The position numbers were made by a program, and so were the translations under genes. A DNA stretch of 64,000 nt from an uncultured virus (IMG/VR IMGVR_UViG_3300025126_000012) (Duplodnaviria; Heunggongvirae; Uroviricota; Caudoviricetes). Every line of letters begins with the position of its first letter. Positions within the stretch are counted from its first letter, which is position 1. This document shows positions 9,124 through 18,039 of this stretch, piece after piece. The notes under the pieces were generated by a model. It made no database searches. It was not told the DNA's origin and saw only the letters and a list, made by a program, of their open reading frames with translations. The stretch is from the IMG/VR virus record IMGVR_UViG_3300025126_000012; one strand, 5' to 3'.

Positions 9124-10635
9124 ATGGCCGACGTAATCATATCCAAGAAAAATGAAACCTTCATCAACATAGATTGTGATTTGGGAATACTTCAAGAACT
9201 TTCTGATTTCTTTACTTTTTATGTCGAAGGCTACAAACATATGCCTCGTTATCGTGCTGGTGTATGGGATGGTAAAATAAGACTTCTTGATATGAGATTT
9301 GGCACATTGCCAGCAGGACTTACCCCTGAACTTGTTGAGTACTCTAGCAAACTGGGGTATTCGGTTTCATTTAACACCAATAACTTTGGTGTTCCAAATG
9401 AAAAAACAATGGTAGATATAGAAACCCTAAAAAAGTGGATATTTGACCTAAATATTCATACTACAATCAATGGGTTAGACACACGAATTGACGTTAGAGA
9501 TTATCAGGTGCAAGCAATTTATAACTGCATCCATAACCAACGACAAGTATCTATTACTCCGACTGGTGGTGGAAAATCAGTAATAGCTTATTGTTTATAT
9601 AGATGGTATATGGAACATGGCATGAAGCATTTCTTGATTGTTGTACCTACACTTGGTCTCGTAAAACAGATATATTCAGATTTTAAAGAATACAGCAATG
9701 GATTCGACTTTGAAGCAAATTCGCAGATTATCACAGGTGAGACAGATAAGAATATAAGTAAAAGTATTATAATATCTACGTGGCAGTCACTTTATAAAAT
9801 GCCAAGCAAGTGGTTTAATAGTATTGATGTTATATTAATGGATGAGTGCCATCAGTGTAAATCTGATGCTATCAAGGGTATATTCGAGAAAGCAACAAAT
9901 GTAAAATATAGATTTGGCATGACAGGGTCTTTAGATAAATCTGCTGTCAATAAATTAGTAATTAAGGGCATGATTGGAGAAATATCTAAGGCAAAAACAA
10001 CACGTGAATTAATAGATGAAGGGCATTTATCTGATATAAAGATAACCTGCGTAATATTACGATACAATAAAGAATCAAAGGCATTAATTAAATCAGCTGA
10101 TTATCAGACAGAGCTTGAGTTTCTTTGTCAGCACAAAAATAGAAATACTTTCATAAGCAAATTAGCACTTAAACAAACGGGAAATTCTCTTGTACTTTTT
10201 AACTATGTAGAAAAACATGGAAAGCCATTATATGAAGAAATCAAAAATCTTGCAACAACGCAGAAGGTGCACTTTGTATCTGGCAAGGTTGAAGCAGATG
10301 ACAGAGAAGAAATACGATTATTGGTACAAGCTTCCACTGAAAGTAACATCATCGTAGCATCCGTAGGAACTTTCAGCACCGGAGTCAATCTCCCCCGTAT
10401 TCATAACATCATATTCGCCACTCCAACAAAATCAGTCATACGAGTAATGCAATCTATTGGTAGAGGACTTAGAAAATCCTCGGATAAAGAGTATTTAAAA
10501 TTGTATGATATTGCCGATAATATTGTTCCTTCTAAACATAAACCAAATATCACTATGCGGCATTTTTTGGAACGATTGAGGATATACAACGAAGAAAAAC
10601 ATCCATATAAAATAATAGAGGCAAACATAGAATGA
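9124..10635 (+). CDS. uvsW: SF2 DNA helicase UvsW
   Basis: WDGKIRL, RDYQ, PTGGGKS, DECH, QSIGRGLR. Confidence 0.95.
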   Translation: MADVIISKKNETFINIDCDLGILQELSDFFTFYVEGYKHMPRYRAGVWDGKIRLLDMRFGTLPAGLTPELVEYSSKLGYSVSFNTNNFGVPNEKTMVDIETLKKWIFDLNIHTTINGLDTRIDVRDYQVQAIYNCIHNQRQVSITPTGGGKSVIAYCLYRWYMEHGMKHFLIVVPTLGLVKQIYSDFKEYSNGFDFEANSQIITGETDKNISKSIIISTWQSLYKMPSKWFNSIDVILMDECHQCKSDAIKGIFEKATNVKYRFGMTGSLDKSAVNKLVIKGMIGEISKAKTTRELIDEGHLSDIKITCVILRYNKESKALIKSADYQTELEFLCQHKNRNTFISKLALKQTGNSLVLFNYVEKHGKPLYEEIKNLATTQKVHFVSGKVEADDREEIRLLVQASTESNIIVASVGTFSTGVNLPRIHNIIFATPTKSVIRVMQSIGRGLRKSSDKEYLKLYDIADNIVPSKHKPNITMRHFLERLRIYNEEKHPYKIIEANIE

Positions 10636-11063
10636 GTATGACGTTGATGATAGTCAAACTAATAACAGGTGAAACATTACTTACTGAATTGTTTGTTGAC
10701 AAAGAACATAGTCGATATGCCTTTTTGAACCCTTTAGTTTTGGTCAGAGTGCAAACTCAAGAAGGAGAGACTACTATTGCGATTCAGTACATGCCGGGAA
10801 TGTTTGATGATGTGATTTTTGTGAGATTTGATTCTGTTATAACATTATGCGAGGCTAGTCATTTTTACCGAAAATTGTACGGTTCTGCTCTTTTTAGAGC
10901 TTACATTCAACATGAATCACAACAGATGACTGCAGTCGGGGGCAAGGATACTGATGACAAATTCATCGAGAAGATTAAATTGAAAGAAGTTGAAATCCTT
11001 GCTCATTATGGTATGATTGATGAGGAAGAAGCTGATTCACTTACAACAGGATTATTACATTGA
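10632..11063 (+). CDS. Hypothetical protein (Sm-like N-terminus)
   Basis: IVKLITGETLL start; coupled to its neighbours. Confidence 0.6.
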   Translation: MSMTLMIVKLITGETLLTELFVDKEHSRYAFLNPLVLVRVQTQEGETTIAIQYMPGMFDDVIFVRFDSVITLCEASHFYRKLYGSALFRAYIQHESQQMTAVGGKDTDDKFIEKIKLKEVEILAHYGMIDEEEADSLTTGLLH

Positions 11064-11641
11064 ATGATACAAACGAAAAAACATTTTACGTATCCAACAA
11101 AAAATTGTACGAAGAATATGTGCAATGGTACATAAAGATAAAAGAAGCAGAATCTGCGGGTAAAGAGAGACCGCAGATACCTCCTTTCATTGTTGATGCA
11201 ATGATGAAAATTGCAAAAAGATTGACTTATAGTTACAAATTCATTAATTATACATTCAAAGAAGACATGATTAGTGACGCACTATATGATTGCATTAGAT
11301 TCGCATCCAAATTCAAAGAAACTTATTTCTCTAAAACGAAGGGAAGAATCGAACAGGGGAATCCATTCAGTTATATTACTACCATTTGCTTTCGAGCATT
11401 CCTCAGAAGAATCGATAAAGAAAAGACACAGAGGTATATCAAAACCAAATTAGTAGCACAATCTCCTGATAGTGACTTCATTGATAATCAATTAGGCGAT
11501 AATGATAATGAATATACGAATCAATATATTGACTTCCTTAGAGAAATTGGATATTCCGAGGACTCTGTACCAATGAGCATTAAACGGGGCAAAAAATCTA
11601 GATTGCTTGGTGTAAAAGGACCATTAGATGAGTTCGAATAA
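11060..11641 (+). CDS. gp55: Late transcription sigma factor
   Basis: YVSNK.LY, KIA..L....F.NYT..EDMISD, NPFSYIT.IC..AFLRRI.KEK. Confidence 0.92.
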   Translation: MNDTNEKTFYVSNKKLYEEYVQWYIKIKEAESAGKERPQIPPFIVDAMMKIAKRLTYSYKFINYTFKEDMISDALYDCIRFASKFKETYFSKTKGRIEQGNPFSYITTICFRAFLRRIDKEKTQRYIKTKLVAQSPDSDFIDNQLGDNDNEYTNQYIDFLREIGYSEDSVPMSIKRGKKSRLLGVKGPLDEFE

Positions 11642-12686
11642 CCCTTTTATCATCTTGGGCGATATACACATAGGAGCTAGAAATGCATCGATGATATTGT
11701 GTGAATATCAAATTAAGTTCTTTGAAAATGAACTTTTTCCATATATGGAAAAACATAATATCACTCATATATTACAATTGGGCGATATGTTTGATTCGAG
11801 GAAATTTTCAAATCATATAATATTACATCAATGGAAAACAAGAGTGTTTGATTTAATGCAAGCTAAGGGGTATTCTTTTATAACATTGATAGGAAATCAT
11901 GATACCGCTACAAGGAATTCTCTTCTAGTAAATTCGCCGAGTCTGTTTCTTTCCGATTATGACAATGTAAAAATAATTGATACTACAACCGAAGTGATAT
12001 TAGGCGGCAATACTTTTTTGATTGTACCTTGGATATGCATTGAAAATGAAGAGGAGAGTAAATCTTTAGTTTCATCTACTTCTGCTATATATTGTGCGGG
12101 GCATTTTGAATTTAATGGATTTAATATGCAAAAGGGCATATCAGCGCGCGGCGGCACAGATACAAAGGAGTTTAATAAATTTGATTTAGTATTATCTGGT
12201 CATTATCACACTAGGAGCAAGAAACATAATATATTATATACTGGAGTTCCTTATGAAATGACCTGGGCGGATTATGGAGACCAAAAAGGATTTCATGTAT
12301 TTGACCCAATGAAGCATGATGTTAAATTTATCAAAACAAAAAATACATTATTCAATAGATTCGAATATAATGACAAAAACAATGAACCAAAAGTACCAAA
12401 GAATTTAAAAGGCACATATGTCAAGATAGTCGTAATTAATAAAACTGACCCATATAAATTTGAAAAATACATTAATAATATAAATATTCAATCTCCAGCA
12501 GATTTGAAAATAACTGATATTGATGTCGATTTTTCTGATGTTGATATTGATGATGAATTAGAATTAGAAGATACAAAGACTTTAATTGATAATTTTATTA
12601 AACAATTGGATACTGATATGAATAGAGATAAATTAAAGGACATGATGCAGGGACTTTATTTGAGAGCATTGGAGACTGTTGAATGA
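11628..12686 (+). CDS. gp47: Recombination endonuclease subunit (Mre11/SbcD-like)
   Basis: GDIHIG, LGDMFD.R, GNHD, GHFE, SGHYH. Confidence 0.95.
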   Translation: MSSNNPFIILGDIHIGARNASMILCEYQIKFFENELFPYMEKHNITHILQLGDMFDSRKFSNHIILHQWKTRVFDLMQAKGYSFITLIGNHDTATRNSLLVNSPSLFLSDYDNVKIIDTTTEVILGGNTFLIVPWICIENEEESKSLVSSTSAIYCAGHFEFNGFNMQKGISARGGTDTKEFNKFDLVLSGHYHTRSKKHNILYTGVPYEMTWADYGDQKGFHVFDPMKHDVKFIKTKNTLFNRFEYNDKNNEPKVPKNLKGTYVKIVVINKTDPYKFEKYINNINIQSPADLKITDIDVDFSDVDIDDELELEDTKTLIDNFIKQLDTDMNRDKLKDMMQGLYLRALETVE

Positions 12687-12922
12687 AGGTAATTTTTAAA
12701 AATATTGAATATTCAAATTTTCGTTCTATAGGTAACACCCCAGTCAAAATCAATCTAAATAAAGACAAAACAACCCTCATTAGTGGAACAAACGGTGCTG
12801 GGAAATGCGTTTCATCAACTACTATTGTAAGAATAAAAAACAGAAAAACCGGTGAAATTAAAGAAATTACAATAGGAGATTTATATGCGCAAGAGAAACA
12901 AGGTACTTTGTTAAATGCTTAA
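12683..12922 (+). CDS. gp46: gp46 N-extein (41 aa) plus short N-intein (38 aa, from Cys at 12806)
   Basis: NFRSIGN..GTNGAGK Walker A followed directly by intein block A CVSSTT.V. Confidence 0.85.
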   Translation: MKVIFKNIEYSNFRSIGNTPVKINLNKDKTTLISGTNGAGKCVSSTTIVRIKNRKTGEIKEITIGDLYAQEKQGTLLNA

Positions 12923-14882
12923 AATTTCTGACAATGTAGAACGTAAGTTCGTAGATTCAGTCGTAGTCACAGATTGGGATATTGACACTGACCGTGGATG
13001 GTGCCCAATTTTAGCTGTACATAAAACTATTGAATATGCTGAATACAAAATAACAACAATAGATGGAAGTATTATAGAATGCGCAGACACTCATATTTTA
13101 TTTGACGAGAATATGCAAGAAATTTTTGCTAAGGATGTTAAACCTGGTTATACATATGTGATGCTGAGGTCTGGACCTTCATTAGTCGATTCAATTTCGG
13201 AGAACGGCAAATCTTCCAATATGTTCGATATTGAAGTAGATTCTAGTGACCATAGATATTATACAGGTAATTTTCTATCTCATAATACATCTTTGTTGTC
13301 TGCTATTTGCTTTGGTTTATTTGGTAGAGGTTATGGGGCAATCAATAAACCAGCTTTAGTCAATAGCATCAATCAAAAGAAACTTATGGTCGAACTTGAG
13401 TTCAGTATCGGCAAAAAAGAATATAAGATTCGTAGAGGAATGAAGCCAAATGTTTTCGAAATTTATGAAAATAATAAATTAATCAATCAAGACCCGAGTA
13501 TCAAAGATTATCAGAAGGTATTAGAACAGCATATTCTGAAGTTCAATTATCGCGCATTCACTCAAGTAGTGGCTGTTGGTGGCGGTGCAGATTATACACC
13601 ATTCATGAGATTATCAGCCAAAGATCGGAGAGAATTTATCGAGGATTTATTGGATATTAGAGTATTCTCAATAATGAATTCAATTATAAAAGAGGACACA
13701 AAAAATATAAAAGATAGATTGAAAGAGTATGATTTTATGCTCAAATCTATAAAAGATAAAGTTGCACTCCAACATTCATTTGTTACGAAATTGAAAAAAG
13801 ATAAAAAAGAATCTTCTGATAAAATCATCAAGTCAATCGAACTGTTTAAAACACAAAATATTACATTAAAAGCAAAATTAGAAGAACTGAAATCGAAAGT
13901 TGCAATATGTGATACAAAATTACAAGAACATACTAAATTAGATGATGCTCTGAGTGACATGAGACTCGCAAATAAACAGCTTCAAAGTAGATTGAATAAA
14001 TCAAAAGAACAAAGTAAAAATTATGAAAACATGTCAGTGTGCCCTACTTGTTCTCAAAGTTTACCGGAAAAACACAAAGAAGACGTTATATCTGAATATA
14101 CAAAAGAAACTAATATTATATTAAACGAGATAATCGAACTTGAACAAAAGGAGAAAGAAGTATTTGCTCTAATGGGCACGTACAATGAATATATCAATCA
14201 ATATCAATTATATTCTGATGCAATATCTGATATTCAAAATGAGTTATTCGCTAATAACAAAGCGATAAAATATTCAAATGAACAACTCGAATATAATCAG
14301 AATGACAATAATAGCATAACAACTGAAGAGGATAAATTAAAAGAAATATCAATTGAATATGTAAAAACTGAATCAAAAAAGAAAAAAACATTAGAAACAC
14401 GACAATATCAGGAACTTATACAACAAATTTTATCTGACTCTGGTATAAAATCTAAAATAATTAAGCAATATATTCCAACTATAAACAAATTAATTAATAA
14501 ATATTTAGATGATTTTGAGTTATTTTTGTCAATGAGTTTAGATGATACATTCAATGAAACATTTAAATCCAGATACAGAGATTCATTTACTTATGAAAAT
14601 TTTTCAGAAGGACAGAAGAGACGAATTGACATATCGATATTATTGACTTGGATTGAAATTGCTAGAGCAAAGAATGCATTACATACTAATGTTGCATTCT
14701 TCGATGAATTTGATTCGATGTTGGATAAAGAAGGGTCTGATTTATTTCTATCAGCACTAAAAAACATATCTTGCGATAATGTGTTCATTATTAGTCATAA
14801 AACAGATATTTTAATGGATAAAGCAGACAATGTCATTGAATTTAGATTACATAATAACTTCACCGAGGTTGTAAGTGATTGA
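12915..14882 (+). CDS. gp46: Long C-intein (124 aa, ends SHN at 13286) plus gp46 C-extein (Rad50/SbcC-like)
   Basis: Intein block B CADTH, block F/G MFDIEV..YY....SHN/T; then CPTC zinc hook, FSEGQ signature, FFDE, IISH. Confidence 0.9.
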   Translation: MLKISDNVERKFVDSVVVTDWDIDTDRGWCPILAVHKTIEYAEYKITTIDGSIIECADTHILFDENMQEIFAKDVKPGYTYVMLRSGPSLVDSISENGKSSNMFDIEVDSSDHRYYTGNFLSHNTSLLSAICFGLFGRGYGAINKPALVNSINQKKLMVELEFSIGKKEYKIRRGMKPNVFEIYENNKLINQDPSIKDYQKVLEQHILKFNYRAFTQVVAVGGGADYTPFMRLSAKDRREFIEDLLDIRVFSIMNSIIKEDTKNIKDRLKEYDFMLKSIKDKVALQHSFVTKLKKDKKESSDKIIKSIELFKTQNITLKAKLEELKSKVAICDTKLQEHTKLDDALSDMRLANKQLQSRLNKSKEQSKNYENMSVCPTCSQSLPEKHKEDVISEYTKETNIILNEIIELEQKEKEVFALMGTYNEYINQYQLYSDAISDIQNELFANNKAIKYSNEQLEYNQNDNNSITTEEDKLKEISIEYVKTESKKKKTLETRQYQELIQQILSDSGIKSKIIKQYIPTINKLINKYLDDFELFLSMSLDDTFNETFKSRYRDSFTYENFSEGQKRRIDISILLTWIEIARAKNALHTNVAFFDEFDSMLDKEGSDLFLSALKNISCDNVFIISHKTDILMDKADNVIEFRLHNNFTEVVSD

Positions 14883-14923
14883 TTTATTTCTGCATTTGAC
14901 ATTTAATTGATGTGTGGTATAAT
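14872..14923 (+). promoter_or_regulatory. Sigma70-type early promoter with upstream IHF-consensus box (family member)
   Basis: TAAGTGATTGATT-N11-TTGACA-N16-TATAAT; related copies start at 15819, 17546, 30779, 37835, 38219, 49362, 54011, 55394, 57310, 61393, 61511. Confidence 0.85.
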
Positions 14924-14955
14924 GTATTCCTCAATTAAACAACACGGTGAAGAAA

Positions 14956-15402
14956 ATGAAAACATACGAAGTCGAGGTTCATAAAAATGGCGACAAATAT
15001 TGGTACCTGAATGGGCAATATCACCGTGAAGACGGTCCGGCGATTGAATATGCTAATGGCACTAAATTCTGGTATATTCACAATGATTGTCATCGGGAAG
15101 ACGGTCCTGCGATTGAATATGCTGATGGCACTAAATTCTGGTATATTCACAATGATTATCATCGGGAAGACGGCCCTGCTGCTGAACATGCTAATGGAGA
15201 CAAATTCTGGTATCTGAATGGTGAACTACACCGTAAAAACGGCCCTGCGATTGAATATGCTACCGGCGCAAAACACTGGTACCTGAATGGTGTAGAATAC
15301 ACCGAAGCAGAGTTCAATGCAAAGATGCATCCTGCAAAGGAATTGTCTGTTGCTGACATCGAAAACCTACTTGGTTTTAAAGTGAAGATTGTAAAGGAAT
15401 AA
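14956..15402 (+). CDS. REDGPA-repeat protein A1 (4 repeats plus tail)
   Basis: MKTYEV head, 23-aa repeats, KELSVADIENLLGFKVKIVKE tail. Confidence 0.85.
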   Translation: MKTYEVEVHKNGDKYWYLNGQYHREDGPAIEYANGTKFWYIHNDCHREDGPAIEYADGTKFWYIHNDYHREDGPAAEHANGDKFWYLNGELHRKNGPAIEYATGAKHWYLNGVEYTEAEFNAKMHPAKELSVADIENLLGFKVKIVKE

Positions 15403-15403
15403 A

Positions 15404-15784
15404 ATGAAAACATACGAAGTCAAGGTTCACGCTACTGGAGACAAATTCTGGTGCCTGAACGGCAAACTGCATCGTGAAGACGGTCCTGCTGTTGAATATG
15501 CTAATGGAAACAAATTCTGGTATCTGAATGGTAAACTTCACCGTGAAGCAGGCCCTGCCATTGAATTCGCCAATGGAGACAAACTCTGGTGTCTGAATGG
15601 TAAACACCACCGTGAAGACGGCCCTGCTGCTGAACATGCTAATGGAGACAAATTCTGGTATCTGAATGGTCAACTTCACCGTGAAGACAGTCCTGCTATT
15701 GAATATGCTAATGGAAACAAATACTGGTATCTGTACGATAGAGAATACACAGAAGCAAAATTCAATGCAAAAAAAGCAGCATAG
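15404..15784 (+). CDS. REDGPA-repeat protein A2 (4 repeats, no tail)
   Basis: Same family; ends FNAKKAA. Confidence 0.85.
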   Translation: MKTYEVKVHATGDKFWCLNGKLHREDGPAVEYANGNKFWYLNGKLHREAGPAIEFANGDKLWCLNGKHHREDGPAAEHANGDKFWYLNGQLHREDSPAIEYANGNKYWYLYDREYTEAKFNAKKAA

Positions 15785-15902
15785 GTGGCGTTTTCAACTA
15801 TCTCGAACAGGATTTAGATAAGTAATTGATTTATTTCGGCATTTGACATTTAATTGATGTGTGGTATAATGTATTCCTCAATTAAACAACACGGTGAAGA
15901 AA

Positions 15903-16151
15903 ATGAAAACATACGAAGTCAAGGTGCATGATAATGGCGACAACTTCTGGTATCTGAATGGTAAACACCATCGTGAGGACGGTCCTGCCATTGAAACTGC
16001 TAATGGAAACAAATATTGGTATCTGAATGGAAAACTTCACCGTGAAGACGGCCCTGCCATTGAACTTGCCTCCGGAGACAAATTCTGGTACCTGAATGGT
16101 GCAAGATATACAGAAGCAGAATTCAAGACAAAGATGTATCCTGTAAAGTAA
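15903..16151 (+). CDS. REDGPA-repeat protein A3 (2 repeats; tail cut off by GAA>TAA)
   Basis: Tail-coding DNA continues in frame to 16211. Confidence 0.8.
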   Translation: MKTYEVKVHDNGDNFWYLNGKHHREDGPAIETANGNKYWYLNGKLHREDGPAIELASGDKFWYLNGARYTEAEFKTKMYPVK

Positions 16152-16212
16152 TTGTCTGTTGCTGACATCGAAAAACTACTCGGCTTTAAAGTGAAGATTG
16201 TAAAGGAATAAA

Positions 16213-16521
16213 ATGAAAACATACGAAGTCAAGGTGCATGATAATGGAAACAAATATTGGCACCTGAATGGTAAACTTCACCGTGAAGACGGCCCTGCCA
16301 TTGAGTTTGTCAATGGAGGCAAATTCTGGTACCTGAATGGTCTGCTTCATCGTGAAGACGGCCCTGCAGCTGTATTTGCTAATGGATACAACTACTGGTA
16401 CCTGAATGGTGTAGAATACACCGAAGCAGAGTTCAATGCAAAGATGCATCCTGCAAAGGAATTGTCTGTTGCTGACATCGAAAACCTACTTGGTTTTAAA
16501 GTGAAGATTGTAAAGGAATAA
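16213..16521 (+). CDS. REDGPA-repeat protein A4 (2 repeats plus tail)
   Basis: Same family. Confidence 0.85.
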   Translation: MKTYEVKVHDNGNKYWHLNGKLHREDGPAIEFVNGGKFWYLNGLLHREDGPAAVFANGYNYWYLNGVEYTEAEFNAKMHPAKELSVADIENLLGFKVKIVKE

Positions 16522-16522
16522 A

Positions 16523-16762
16523 ATGAAAACATACGAAGTCAAGGTGCATGATAATGGCGACATTTATTGGTACCTGAATGGGCAATATCACCGTGAAGAC
16601 GGTCCGGCGATTGAATTTGCCAATGGAGACATTTATTGGTATCTGAATGGTTTAGAATACACAGAATCACAATTTAATGCAAAGATGCATCCTGTGAAGG
16701 AATTATCTATTGCTGATATCGAAAAGCTCCTTGGGTATAACGTGAAAATTGTTAAGGACTAA
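16523..16762 (+). CDS. REDGPA-repeat protein A5 (1 repeat plus tail)
   Basis: Same family. Confidence 0.85.
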   Translation: MKTYEVKVHDNGDIYWYLNGQYHREDGPAIEFANGDIYWYLNGLEYTESQFNAKMHPVKELSIADIEKLLGYNVKIVKD

Positions 16763-16763
16763 A

Positions 16764-17552
16764 ATGAAAACATACGAAGTCAATGTCCATGCTAATGGAG
16801 ACACATTTTGGAATCTGAACGGAAAACTACATCGTAAAAATGGACCGGCGGTTGAATATGCTGATGGAGACAAATTCTGGTATCGGAATGGTGAACTACA
16901 CCGTGAAGACGGTCCTGCTGCTGAATATGCTAATGGAGACAAATTCTGGTATCTGAATGGTGAACTACACCGTAAAGACGGTCCTGCTGCTGAATATGCT
17001 GATGGTTCCAAAATCTGGTACCTGAATGGTCTGCTTCATCGTGAGGACGGCCCTGCGGTTGAATATGCTAATGGAGATAAAGTCTGGTACCTGAACGGTA
17101 GCCGGCATCGTGAAGACGGTCCTGCTGCTGAATACGCTGATGGTTACAAAAGTTGGTATCTGAATGGTCAACTTCACCGTGAAGACGGTCCTGCTATTGA
17201 ACTTGCTAATGGAAACAAATACTGGTATCTGAATGGTGAACTACACCGTGAAGACGGTCCTGCTGCTGAATATGCTAATGGAGACAAATTCTGGTATCTG
17301 AATGGTGAACTACACCGTGAAGACGGTCCTGCTGCTGAATACGCTGATGGTTACAAAAGTTGGTATCTGAATGGTCAACTTCACCGTGAAGACGGTCCTG
17401 CTATTGAACTTGCTAATGGAAACAAATACTGGTATCTGAATGATGTAAGATACACCGAAGCAGAGTTCAATGCAAAGATGAATTCTGTAAAGGAATTGTC
17501 TATAGCTGACATCGAAAAGCTTCTTGGATGCAGAGTGAAGATTGTTAAGTAA
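16764..17552 (+). CDS. REDGPA-repeat protein A6 (9 repeats plus tail)
   Basis: Same family. Confidence 0.85.
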   Translation: MKTYEVNVHANGDTFWNLNGKLHRKNGPAVEYADGDKFWYRNGELHREDGPAAEYANGDKFWYLNGELHRKDGPAAEYADGSKIWYLNGLLHREDGPAVEYANGDKVWYLNGSRHREDGPAAEYADGYKSWYLNGQLHREDGPAIELANGNKYWYLNGELHREDGPAAEYANGDKFWYLNGELHREDGPAAEYADGYKSWYLNGQLHREDGPAIELANGNKYWYLNDVRYTEAEFNAKMNSVKELSIADIEKLLGCRVKIVK

Positions 17553-17640
17553 TTGATTCATTTAGGTGTTTGACATTTAATTGATGTATGGTATAATGTA
17601 TACCTTGATTGATAACTTGTGAAGAAAGAGAGATTTTATT

Positions 17641-17805
17641 ATGGTTAAAATGAACATGACTCCCCGCTTTGATTCCCGTGTTACTGTTGATGTCTATGCT
17701 GGTAGAATCAGCAAACGTCGTGCAAAGCGCACTGTCACCACAATCGCTGCTGGTTCTAAGGCGGTATTCAATAAAGAAATGCGCGCGATTTTCAATGGTC
17801 GATAA
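17641..17805 (+). CDS. Small basic hypothetical protein (54 aa, not in the ORF track)
   Basis: MVKMNMTPRFDSRVTVDVYAGRISKRRAKR...; directly follows the early promoter at 17546-17597. Confidence 0.55.
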   Translation: MVKMNMTPRFDSRVTVDVYAGRISKRRAKRTVTTIAAGSKAVFNKEMRAIFNGR

Positions 17806-18016
17806 TAGAGTCGGAGAGTTTGTTCGACTTCGCGGCATCGAACATTCAAAATCTATCTTCGAAGAATTATTTGGAATCAAGGGGTACGAGTTTCTTTTGA
17901 TGTCAGAAATACTCAGAATTCCAGCAGAGATTATATCAGCTTCGACTGCTGGATTCTGTTGCATCAAGGTAATCGGCTTGTACTTTGACCAAATTTCTAT
18001 ACAGCATATCAAGTAA
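17795..18016 (+). CDS. Hypothetical protein
   Basis: ATG overlapping the end of the previous ORF; 3' part of track ORF 17669-18016. Confidence 0.45.
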   Translation: MVDNRVGEFVRLRGIEHSKSIFEELFGIKGYEFLLMSEILRIPAEIISASTAGFCCIKVIGLYFDQISIQHIK

Positions 18017-18039
18017 CATTTCACAGTGAGCTAAATGTC

